This document shows positions 33,398 through 43,475 of a DNA stretch of 64,000 nt, piece after piece. Below the pieces are notes generated by a model. That model was not told where the DNA came from and did not search any database. It saw nothing but the letters and a program-made list of their open reading frames with translations. This stretch comes from Diplonema japonicum (taxonomy: Eukaryota > Protista > Euglenozoa: Diplonemea). The position numbers were made by a program, and so were the translations under genes. Location of the stretch: the NCBI GenBank assembly GCA_964019335.1, contig OZ025711.1, forward strand, positions 1 to 64,000. The letters are read 5' to 3'. Each line of letters begins with the position of its first letter. The stretch's first letter is position 1.

Positions 33398-35283
33398 TCA
33401 TTCAGCCATCTCCCCTTCAGTGATCTCCTCGGCAACAGGAATATCCTCTGCCATCGCGGCATCCTGCTCATGCGATTGCTCAGCGTCCTCCTCTGCCATG
33501 GCCGCGTCCTCAATGGGGCTCGCCTCGGGGACGTCGTCGGGAATCAATTCCTAATTTTTTTTCTTCTTTTTTTTTTTTTTTCCCACACCCTTCGCTCTGT
33601 AGTATAGATCATCTTGTAAGACACAGAGTAGCCCTTCCCGGTTGTGGACAGGCGCCCCTCTACATCACCCATGCACAGATTGTCATCAATACACATCAAT
33701 AAATTTTCAAGTCTTGCCCGTGACACGAAACCACTAGGCTTGTGGGTGGGGTTGTTGTTAGGCCTGTCGAAGAACTCAAAAGCATCGATGCACTCCTGCG
33801 GTTTTTTTTTTTTTTTTTTTTTTTTTTCCCACACCTGATCCACGTCAAGAATGGTCCTGTACCTTCTTGAATCGGCGGTTGTCGGCTCCAGCTCGTCTTT
33901 GGTCCCTTCCAATTCACTCATGATTTTTTTCCTCTCGATGAGGGCTTCTCTCTTTTCATCGTCGGTCTTGCCTTGGTCTTCAGCTTCCCATTTCTCCTTT
34001 AGCTCTTCCAGTTTGACCTGCCTCTTCTCCTTCTCCTCTTTTTCCTCTTCTTCCCGCTTGCGTTTCAGCTCATCGCGGTCCTTGGCCTCTTGCTCCTTAC
34101 GGACCGCCGCTTCGTTCGCTTCGGTTTCCCTGAAAAGCAATTTCCTGTTGATTTTTGTCGCCATGTCACGTTTTATGAATTCATCGAGAGCATCGCAGGC
34201 ATAATGAGCTTCATGCGTATCACGAGAATAGTCCCGTTTCAGCTCAGCGTGGAGGAGGGTTGGGAGTGCGGTTGCAGTAGGGGTGGATTCAATAACTTTT
34301 TTCACTTCGGTGATGATTTTTTCCTCGGGTTTCAGTTCGGCCTTTGCTTGTTGGAACTCCTCGTCGGTCATCCCCTCTCTTGATAATTCTTGTTCGATAA
34401 GCTCTGTTCTCTCGGATGTGACCTCTCTGGCGGTGCCCTGCATCACACCTTCTTCTGTCAGCTCCCACAACGCTGGAAGGTAGAACACCGTGGGTCCCGC
34501 GTCGCTGTATTGAATCTCGAAGAACTTGTACCATGTCTTCACCTCGCTGAGGTCCAGCCCTGTGTCTTTTTTGATTTTTTCTTTTAAGAAGGCAACGGCG
34601 TCCGCTTGAGTTGTTGAGTCACAGTGTCCACCGTAGCACGATAGCTGCCCGTCGGCTGCCCGCTTTGAGAGCATGGTGATTCTCTTCAAAACGCTGGATT
34701 TTACCGTCGAATTTCTGTCGTTAGGCTTCAACCCTTGACATAAAATCGCTCGCACGTTAATGGTGGACCCTGATGCTGTAGGTGTCTCCGCTGTGCTTTC
34801 TTCAGGTGCTGTTAAACAATCTTCGGGCGATGTTTTCAATGAAATGGGAACATGCTGTGTCAAAACAGGGTTTGTGAGGGCGGGGAACGACACCCAATGG
34901 GCGATAGTGCGGAGGAGTGTAGGGCACCCGATTCTCCTGTGTGGGTTTCTGACTCTGTGGTCTACTAGAGTGCGGTGCTTCAGTGAGAATGAGTGCTCCA
35001 TGTATGGTTGTTGTTGTGGTGCCTGTCGGTCCGTTTTGGGTGGAGCTGTGTTGCTGTTCCTCAGTGGTTGTTGGGGTGGTCTGTTCGAGGGTTTTCCTGC
35101 AGGGTAGGGCTGGGATCTGACGTTGCTTGGGACCGCTCTGGGCATGGGCATGCCCCTGTTCTGTCCCCCGCTCATGCGTTGTCTTGGCTCGCCTCCCTGC
35201 GGTCCATAGAAACCCCTCCCCGCCTGCCTGCCACCGCCCCCATTGTTCCTCATTGGTCCTCCTCTTCCTCCGTGCCTATTCAT
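33398..35283 (-). CDS. CCAR1/CCAR2(DBC1)-like protein; exons 35283-33835, 33795-33589, 33550-33398
   Basis: RGG-rich N-terminus; DBC1-like TGLDLSEVKTWYKFFEIQY; charged coiled coil; EF-hand-like AFEFFDR...GFVSRARLENLL; two GTGTGG poly(A) introns restore an acidic C-terminus. Confidence 0.75.
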
Positions 35284-36016
35284 ATTTTTTTTTCTTTTTT
35301 TTTTTCCTTTTCTTTTTTTTTTTTCCCCGTTCTTAGACGAAACTGTAGAGGAAAAAAAAAAAAAAAAAAGAAAGAAAAAGGAGAGAAATAAAATAGGTAA
35401 ATACACCACCCCCTCTTCAAAGGCAAGGTTTTTTTTTAATTGGTTATTGTTTGGGGGGGGGGGGGGAGGTTTTTTTATTGCAAAAAAAAAGAAAGTTTTT
35501 TCTCCCCTCATTCCTCACTAGGGAGGAAACAAAAAAAAAAAGACAAACTAACAACTTTCTCACACCCCCCCTCCCCCCCAGTTGGCGAACCCTCAGAGAA
35601 AAAAAAAGGGAAGAAAACAAGAAAGAGAGACGTCAAGTCTTAGTTACCCCTCTAAGTTTCTTTATAATACAAAAAAAAAAGAGAAAAAAAAACTCGATTT
35701 AAGGATTTCAGTGTGCAGGGAGATAAAAAAAGAAAGGCAGGCGCTTACTTTTTTTTTAATGTGTATTGGTTTGTTGTTAGATAAAACTGCCTAGAAACGA
35801 CACTTATAAAGGGAAAAAAAAAAAAAAAGAAGAAGATAATAAATGTGGAAATCTGTGTGTAAACTTTTTTTTTATTTTTTTTTATTGGTTGCATTTTTTT
35901 TTTTTTAGAAAAAGAATAAAAACTTGGTGGAAAAGTGGGGAACATTTAAAAAAAAAAAACTTCTTAAATAATAACGTGTAGTTGCGTGTAAAACAAACAA
36001 AAAAAAAAATCCTGTA

Positions 36017-36121
36017 CTAACGGTAACCCCCTCTGCTGCCCCTTCCACGCGAGTTACCTCTACCACCGCCTCTACCTGACTTCCCTCCACGGCCGCCACC
36101 AGATGATGGTCTGGTGGTCCT

Positions 36122-36156
<35 letters not shown>

Positions 36157-36340
36157 CTTTTTTTTTTTTTTTCTCCCTCAAAATACCTAGGAGCAGCAGC
36201 ACGGCGAGCCCTCCTGTCCTTGTCTTCTTGAGTAACTTGTTCGCTGGGAAGGGGCTCTTGATATCCGGGGAGTGACGTATCGAGCTCCTCGAGAGAGAGT
36301 GTGATGGAAAGACCGCAGATATACTTCGTCTTCTTGATGC

Positions 36341-36382
<42 letters not shown>

Positions 36383-36712
36383 CCCATACTTTTCTAGCCC
36401 CGCACTGCTGTCCTTCGGCTCATACTCATCTGTTACCTCGAGACTTTCCATCTGAGTAAGCTGGTGAAGGCCCTTGACCCTCCTCTTGACAACTTCGGCA
36501 ATGTTCACAACGGCATTAACCGCACTGCCTCTCCCTTTCAACACCAATGTTTTTTCCCCGCTCTCCAGCAGATCAATTGCTTGGGAAATGCACTGCTTGG
36601 GAGATCTTTGCGAACCGATAAGCAACTCGTTGGCAGGGTGCTCTTTTGCTTCTTTCTCTTCAGGCTTACTTACCTTCTGGTAGCCCTTTAAACTTTGTTG
36701 TTTGGAAGACAT
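36017..36712 (-). CDS. Alba-domain (Rpp25-like) RNA-binding protein with RGG tail; exons 36712-36390, 36339-36187, 36119-36017
   Basis: LVLKGRGSAVNAVVNIAEVVKRRVKGLHQ; splicing restores ITLSLEELDTSLPGYQEP and the RGG tail. Confidence 0.9.
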
Positions 36713-37417
36713 TTTCCCCCCCTGCTTTTTTGTTCTCCCCTTCCTATAAATTGTAATTTACCATGGTGTGTTTTTTTTTTATTTATTTATTTTTTTTTTT
36801 GTAAATAAAAAAGGGAGTGAGAATAAAAAAGGGGGGGGAAAGGGATGAAAGCGGGTTTTTAAAAAAAAGAAAAGGGGGGCGGGGCGGGGGGGGGAATTGT
36901 GTGGGTGGGAAAAAAAAAAATAGTAAATCGGAAAACGTGGTTTTTTTTTTTTTTATAAAAGAAAAAAAAAATGTAAGAAAATAAAAGATAGAAACGGACA
37001 GGGGGGGGGATGGGGGGGAGAAGGTAAAGCAAACGAGTCAAAACAAAAATGAACACAAAACAAAAAGAGGGCTTCTTCCCCTCAACCCTCTCTTTACCTT
37101 TTTTTTTCCCGCAATTTTGTTACTTTTTTTTCCCCCATTCCCCGTTTTCTCTCTATCCATCCCCCCCCTCCTCCCCCATGTTTTCTTTTCAAAAAAGGGA
37201 GCGAGAACAAAAGAAAAAAAAACAGCAAAAGAAAAAAAAAACTGGGAGGGGGGGAGGGGGGAATAACAAATTGTGTTAAAAAAAATCAAAGTCGTTTGTT
37301 AAGAAAAAAAAAAAAAAAAAAAACACACACTCCACTTTTTTTTTCCTTCCGATTACAAAAACACTGAAACAAAAATAAAAACCCTCTTCATTTTTTTTTT
37401 TTTTTCTTTTACATCAT

Positions 37418-38132
37418 TTAACGCGCACGGCCAGAGTTGGCACCGTTGCCGCCACCACCACCACCACCACGGGACCTGCGGCCACCAGAGCCACGCCCGC
37501 GGCGCGCAGGGCCGGAGCCACCACGGCCACCTCCACGGCTTGGGGCGGGGGCAGAGTCGCCACCGTTACCCCTTCCACCAGAAGGCTTCTTAGCAGCACG
37601 CTTCTTCTTGGGCTTAGGTGGCTGGGCAGTGAAATCTTTGGCGTCAGTCACTTGGTCTTCAGTGAGCGGCTCCTGGTACCCGGGAGCGGTCTTGTCAAGC
37701 TCCTCCAAGGAAAGGCAGACCTGAAGCCCAGTGATGAACTTCTCCTGCACAACACGGGTTTCTTCGGTGGGGTTCTCCCTCAGCTCGTAGGTGTGCTTCA
37801 CAACTCCACCGTCAACCTTGATGATCTGGTGAAGCCCGACGACCCTCCTCTTGATGACCTCAGACACAGCCACAGCTTTGCTGACAGCCTGCCCCCTGGC
37901 CTTGAACACAAGGGTCCTGCAGCCGTCCTCCTTCGTCTGTGAGGGGTTTTTTTTTTTTTTTTTTTTTTTTTTCTTCCCATACCAGCAGCTCAATTGCCTC
38001 TGTGATCACATCCCTGATGACGTGGTTCTTCCCGATGAAGAACTCTCCCTGCTTGGCCTCCTCCTTCTCCTCAGGCACCAGCTTGTACTTGCTAAGGTCC
38101 ACCTTCTTGGTTGGTGCAGAATCAGCCCCCAT
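37418..38132 (-). CDS. Second Alba-domain protein with RGG tail; exons 38132-37983, 37936-37418
   Basis: LVFKARGQAVSKAVAVSEVIKRRVVGLHQ, LSLEELDKTAPGYQEP, RGG tail; intron GTATGG-poly(A)-CAG at 37937-37982. Confidence 0.9.
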
Positions 38133-38365
38133 TTTTATTATTTTTTTTTTCTTGTGTGTGTTCTTTTTTTATATTTTATTTGTGACGTTTTGAACGAGGG
38201 GGAAAAAAAGTAAAAAGAAGGGGGGGGTAAAAAAATAATTAGAAAAAGAAAAGAAGAAAGGAGAAGAAGAAAAAAATACGATAGACATACTTTTGGAACC
38301 CCCGAAAAAGAGGATTTCAGTATGAATACAACAAAACAAAGAAAGAAATTAAGTTCTCTTGTCTT

Positions 38366-40126
38366 TCAAAGATCCAACGCAAAAAGGAACCTATTCTGAA
38401 TATCCACCCCGAAGAGTTTCTTCCCCATTTTGTGAAACCCAAACGAATGTGCTTCATCGTCTTCTTCTCCCTCTTCAGCCTCTTTAGGCACCTCCTTCTT
38501 AACGGGTTCTTTCTTGGGAGGCTCTGGTGCGGCCAACCCTAGCTTCTCACGGATTGCCACGATCATACTTGTAATAGCTTCAGAGGGGAGCTTGTCTAAT
38601 AGAGGGTCCACAGAATCCCCTCGTTTAGTGCCATCGATTAGCCGGCCAAGGAGAGTGGTCGCCTCTGATGGTGGGAGCTCAGTGATCATTTTTTGGAGGT
38701 CAGGAGGCAGTGCACCAGCTTGGATTGCCTTGGCGGTCTCAGCAAGCTGTTTGTTGAATGATTGCTGGTGCTCGTCCTCCTTTCTTTGCCGTTCGTATTT
38801 TCTTTCAGCGGCTTTGCGATCGGCTTCTTCTCGGGCTTGTTTTTCCTCGATCTCCGTTTGTTCCTTAAGTTCTTCCTCGGCAGTTTCCCTCCTTGTCTTT
38901 TCCTTCTGCTGCATCTCATCAGGCAGCATCACCTGCAACACAAGCGTCAGGATTTTTTTTTTCTTCGCGAATTTTGCAGACGTGGAGTCGATGTCGATGG
39001 GAAACCGAAGCTCTTCCCTCAGGTAAGGGTTCTCAAGATCCTCATCGTCGCACGAAAAAATCGACACCGCACTGGGCTGCACGTCAACGTACACCTCGGC
39101 AATGCTGGACTGGACCTCGGGGAGGTGGATTTTCAGCGTCAGCTTTTCCGGAACCGCGGTCCGAGCCCTCCAATAAGAATTGAGCTCCGGATTTTTGTGA
39201 GAAGCCCAGTCGTATGAACCATCCTCCGTCCGCGTGACGTTTCGTGTCGCTTCGGCGTTTTCGTTTTGTGTGGTAGTACCCTCTGTTTCTTCGTCTATTT
39301 TGGTGCTTGCGTAGAAGGCTTCTGTCCCAGAACCGGGTTTTGGTTGTTTAGCAGGAGTTTCCTCCCCGAGGACCTCAATACTGGGTTTTTTATGTTGAAC
39401 GGGAATATCGGGTGAAACATCTGCAGAGGTCCCGGTTTTGATCTCATTGTTGAACGCGTTCTTCTTGCCGTCGGTACGGGTCAGACGGACTCGCTGCATC
39501 ACGGGTTGACCTTTGCACACGAGGTTGGGTTGTTTGTATTGATCTGTGTTGAGATCTGGCTCGTGTTTTTGTTTCAACCCGTAAAGACACATTGCGCAAA
39601 CGAGACGTTTAAACTCAGGGTCAGCAGAACATTTTTCCAATGTCAATGGATTGACCGCAATGTCATAAACAGCCGATGGTTTCCCCGCCTTGTCCTTGTC
39701 AATTCTACACGGTCCTATTGATATGGGAACCCTGAACTGAAGATCTTTATTTTCCATTCCTGAATCGGTTACTTCCGACTCTGTCATCGGCATTGGTTCT
39801 TGAATGGCCTCGGATTTGCATATGTTGATGAAGACTTTTTTTTCGCCTGACTCGTTTGCAGCTTTGATGCAAAAGACACCTATTGGTACTGTGTACCCCC
39901 ATGTTCCTTCTTCGTCTTCGAAAACCTGGCCTTCTTTTTCTTTGATCGCTTGTGTTGCGAGCTTTCCTTGAATTTCCTGCAGGAACCGGGCGTGCGCTGC
40001 TGGGTCTTTGTCCGCATCCGGGATGTCCTGATCACCCACAGCATCTTTAAACTTGCTGATGAAATCCTTGTCCTTAAGACATTCCTGAGAGATCTTCAGG
40101 ATCTCATCCTCTGACAGTTGCGCCAT
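38366..40126 (-). CDS. PIH1-domain protein (Kintoun/DNAAF2-like axonemal dynein assembly factor)
   Basis: KVFINICKS, FRVPISIG, DKAGKPSAVYDIAVNP PIH1 signature, followed by a CS-like domain (AKFAKKKKILTLVL). Confidence 0.85.
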   Translation of the reverse strand: MAQLSEDEILKISQECLKDKDFISKFKDAVGDQDIPDADKDPAAHARFLQEIQGKLATQAIKEKEGQVFEDEEGTWGYTVPIGVFCIKAANESGEKKVFINICKSEAIQEPMPMTESEVTDSGMENKDLQFRVPISIGPCRIDKDKAGKPSAVYDIAVNPLTLEKCSADPEFKRLVCAMCLYGLKQKHEPDLNTDQYKQPNLVCKGQPVMQRVRLTRTDGKKNAFNNEIKTGTSADVSPDIPVQHKKPSIEVLGEETPAKQPKPGSGTEAFYASTKIDEETEGTTTQNENAEATRNVTRTEDGSYDWASHKNPELNSYWRARTAVPEKLTLKIHLPEVQSSIAEVYVDVQPSAVSIFSCDDEDLENPYLREELRFPIDIDSTSAKFAKKKKILTLVLQVMLPDEMQQKEKTRRETAEEELKEQTEIEEKQAREEADRKAAERKYERQRKEDEHQQSFNKQLAETAKAIQAGALPPDLQKMITELPPSEATTLLGRLIDGTKRGDSVDPLLDKLPSEAITSMIVAIREKLGLAAPEPPKKEPVKKEVPKEAEEGEEDDEAHSFGFHKMGKKLFGVDIQNRFLFALDL

Positions 40127-40248
40127 TTTTTTTTTTGGCCTCTCCTTTTTTTTTGTTGAACGGCGGGAGGAGTAAAAAAAAATGGGGGGGAGGGGAGAAA
40201 TGAAGACTACTGAACTTTGAAGGGGAAAAAAAAGGGGGGGGAATTCAA

Positions 40249-40435
40249 CCCTTAGGCCACGGGACAGTCTTTGAACAAAGACGCCTGGCCGTCAGATTTT
40301 TTTTTAATATCTTTCACATGCGTACGTACCACAGATTAGAGAGTAACCTCAAGATTGCAGCACGTTCGATCTTTGCCTACAAGGGCACAAAGATCAGGAA
40401 AATCCAAAAAAAAAGTATCCCCCCTCGCCTAAGGG
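40249..40435. mobile_element. piggyBac-type MITE
   Basis: TIRs CCCTTAGGC / GCCTAAGGG, flanked by TCAA (one mismatch to TTAA) and TTAA. Confidence 0.5.
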
Positions 40436-40623
40436 TTAAAAAAAAGTTCTTTTTTATTTTTTTTCTTCCATAAGAATCTCCAGTCCCCCCCCCCCCCCCC
40501 CCCCCTGTCGGAATGGAAAGAAACAAAAAAACAAAAAAAAAACAAAATGAACAGGAATCAACACTCTATAGTTTATATTGTCTGTCTCCCTTTTTTTTTT
40601 TTTTTTTTTTTCCTTCCTCTTTC

Positions 40624-41637
40624 TCAAGCCTTCGCTCGTTTCGCAGCCGGAGGTGCCTGAGGAGGGGATCTAGGCCGTTTGGGGGAACTAGGACAAGGCT
40701 CCTTGTACCTTTCAAATGAACGGAATGGGGAAACCTCAGAGGTGTCGAGGCTCTTGGCAAGGGAAACGAGTTGCTGCGAGTGGCACAACTGCCTAACATA
40801 GGCAGGGGGGTTCACAAGCTCCCACGCCCCGGGCTTTGAAGTGTCCTCAGGGTCGCAGCCCCTGTCTAAGACTATTTTGGTACACAGTACAGTTGCAAGA
40901 CCTGTTGCATGGTCACCCTTACACGGCATTAGCAAAACCCTTTGCGATTTCTTTAGGGAGAGCACATCCGGTACTTTAAGGGTGCCATAAGGGACGACCT
41001 CACCAGATTCCACCCGACCGAAGAACAAAGCGTTTTCTCCAGGGTATGAATAGGCATCTGCTCGGAAAGGCAAATCTTGCAAAATATCAGTTTGTATTTC
41101 CCATGCCTCACCAGGCTGGCCATTCTTATGTGGGAACGCAGACGCCAGAACAAGAGAGTGGTCCGAGGTAATGTGTGTGGGCAGTAAGTCTACGATACCA
41201 TGCTGGGTTGTTTCTGTCTGGCCCAGTGGTTTCACAAGGTAGCCTTCAAGTGAAGTCTTCTTATTGACAAATTGATCAAAATGGCTTTCCAGTACCTGGT
41301 ATAAGCTGTATGGAGCGGCTTGTAGTGACAGGCCTTCGCCCACAGACCTCCTTACGCTCATGATACTGATGGGGTTCTGGACTGCAATGCATATCATTTC
41401 ACCCTTCGCCCGCTGACCTAGGTGTACTATCTTGCCCTGCATGCTGCCCCCGGTTTTTCTCAGAATTTTAACGGCCACCCTCTTGTCTTCTTGCCACGAA
41501 CTGTCCTCCCCGACGCACGGCACTTCCTCTTGCATTTGTTCCAGCCTCACTCGCTTGCTGGTTGTGCCCACACACGTTCCGTACAGCGTCACACCTATGA
41601 GATCTAACAAACGGGGACTGGCTGCCTTCTCCGGCAT
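40624..41637 (-). CDS. Hypothetical protein
   Basis: Starts MPEKAASP at 41637 after an A-run; long complex-sequence ORF; no confident domain. Confidence 0.75.
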   Translation of the reverse strand: MPEKAASPRLLDLIGVTLYGTCVGTTSKRVRLEQMQEEVPCVGEDSSWQEDKRVAVKILRKTGGSMQGKIVHLGQRAKGEMICIAVQNPISIMSVRRSVGEGLSLQAAPYSLYQVLESHFDQFVNKKTSLEGYLVKPLGQTETTQHGIVDLLPTHITSDHSLVLASAFPHKNGQPGEAWEIQTDILQDLPFRADAYSYPGENALFFGRVESGEVVPYGTLKVPDVLSLKKSQRVLLMPCKGDHATGLATVLCTKIVLDRGCDPEDTSKPGAWELVNPPAYVRQLCHSQQLVSLAKSLDTSEVSPFRSFERYKEPCPSSPKRPRSPPQAPPAAKRAKA

Positions 41638-41754
41638 TTTTTTTCTTCCCCTCTCTTTTTTTTTGCCGGGGGGTGGGAGAATGAACAAAAAAAAACAAAA
41701 AACCAAGATTTAGAGGGGGGGGGGGGAGAAAGAAAAAAAAATTCTAAAGAATTT

Positions 41755-43026
41755 TCAAATTAATCTCAACAATCCTGCCTTCTCGCAGTACTCCCATATT
41801 TTTTTGAAATCCTCCAACCGGCTCTGCACGGCGCCGGTCTGCCATTTTTTCACGAACTCCCATATACCAGGGTAGTCATCCGTTAGCTTCATGTTCAGCT
41901 CCTTCTTGAGCTTCGTGTCGATCATGTACCCCTCCAACACCTCCTTTAACCGTTTACTGAAAACACACACCGATGTGTTGTGCTTTGCAGTGATACGGAG
42001 AGGGGTCCCCCGTGGTGGGTCACGCCCGTAGAAAGACGACCCTTGGTCCAGGTATATCATTTTGTCAACAGTTGCAAACGTGTTTTTTTCAGTCCGGTCG
42101 TTATTAGCGATCAGGTAGTCGAAGACCAAGGACGACGACAGCTCTGACAGACCGAATGTATCGGTTTCTTTGAAATCGATTTTCCCGGTCAGCTTGGACA
42201 AGCCTTGCTTGACAGCCATTTCGGATTTCCTGTATCTGACAACATTGTCCACCCAAAGCTGCAAGGAGGCTCTGATCGTCGCATCGTTCTTAAAAGGACA
42301 TCTCGGTTTCAATGTTTTCGACACAACTTTGTTGGAAAAAACAAATTTTTCAACCCACTGTGTGTACATTGCATCTTGGGTCGACGCCACAGCACGAAGC
42401 CAGTCAACAGGGACAGACACCCATGCTACCGGTGGGATACGGTTTACCTCCAGCAGCCTGTCCAGGTTGTAGGCTAACAGCTCGGCGTAGGGCTCGTAAA
42501 GGAATTTGTATTGAGACACTTTGAGGATCGCTGTTACATTCTGATGGTACATTTTAACCTTGAACTTAATGGTTCTAGCCTGGGACAGAATGGATGCCAT
42601 CGGTGTGATGGATTCCCAGTTGCGGTGGTCGGATAGATATCTCAAGCACGCTGTGTCATGTTTTAAAGAGAAGTCCGAAGATTTCGGGTCGCATTTTGCG
42701 TCGGTTTGATGTTGTTGCGGATGAATTTTCGGGAGTTTCCATCCGACACGACCTTGTTTGAAGTCCGTAAACTTCGCGCTGCTCTGTTCGATCTGCTCGT
42801 CCAGCTCCACTTCCATCTTCTCTTCAAAATGTTTCAGATCCACATTGTCTAAATGTTCGTACGCCGTGCAGCCAGTTGCAGTCGCGGGTTCCTTTCTTCT
42901 GCTCCGGGTTGTGGGTGTTGTACGAATTTTACTCCCTGCCGAAGCCCCCTTCGGGAGCACGAACCCGCTGAACGAGACAACTACTAAACAGGCGGCGAGG
43001 ATCCTTACAATGTCTCTTTGTTTCAT
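41755..43026 (-). CDS. FAM20/four-jointed-like secretory-pathway kinase
   Basis: N-terminal signal anchor; AILK, AELLAYNLDRLL..RIPP, VFDYLIANNDR and YLDQG motifs. Confidence 0.8.
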   Translation of the reverse strand: MKQRDIVRILAACLVVVSFSGFVLPKGASAGSKIRTTPTTRSRRKEPATATGCTAYEHLDNVDLKHFEEKMEVELDEQIEQSSAKFTDFKQGRVGWKLPKIHPQQHQTDAKCDPKSSDFSLKHDTACLRYLSDHRNWESITPMASILSQARTIKFKVKMYHQNVTAILKVSQYKFLYEPYAELLAYNLDRLLEVNRIPPVAWVSVPVDWLRAVASTQDAMYTQWVEKFVFSNKVVSKTLKPRCPFKNDATIRASLQLWVDNVVRYRKSEMAVKQGLSKLTGKIDFKETDTFGLSELSSSLVFDYLIANNDRTEKNTFATVDKMIYLDQGSSFYGRDPPRGTPLRITAKHNTSVCVFSKRLKEVLEGYMIDTKLKKELNMKLTDDYPGIWEFVKKWQTGAVQSRLEDFKKIWEYCEKAGLLRLI

Positions 43027-43356
43027 TTTCTTTTTTTTTTTTTTTTTTGTTTTGTTTTCCCCTTCTCTTTTACGGCCGCATTTTCCCTCCCTCCCCCTTT
43101 TCCTTTTTGCGGGTTTTCTTTGTAAAGGAGATGGTGTGTGGAGGCACAGACTTTCTGTCGCGATAATCTGCACACTTACACAATAAATATCTTGTGATTT
43201 TGGTCGGTCTGGACTGCGCTGCAGATGCGAGAGAGGCGATCAGAGAACGATGAGGACGACGGAAAGGCAAAATAAAAGGAAAGAAAGAAAGGGGATGAAG
43301 GGGGGAAAATTGACTTTTTTTTTGGGAAAAGAGCTGAGGGGGGGAAAATTGACTTT

Positions 43357-43389
<33 letters not shown>

Positions 43390-43475
43390 TTCCATCCTTG
43401 AAAAAGGAGGCGTTTTTTTTTTTTTTTTTTTTTTTTTTTCTTTCTATATTTTCTACATTTCCTTCCCCCTTTCCA

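Noticed and set aside
804-43475. Numerous short poly-K/poly-F/poly-G ORFs in the ORF track
   Set aside because: They are translations of intergenic homopolymer runs, not genes.
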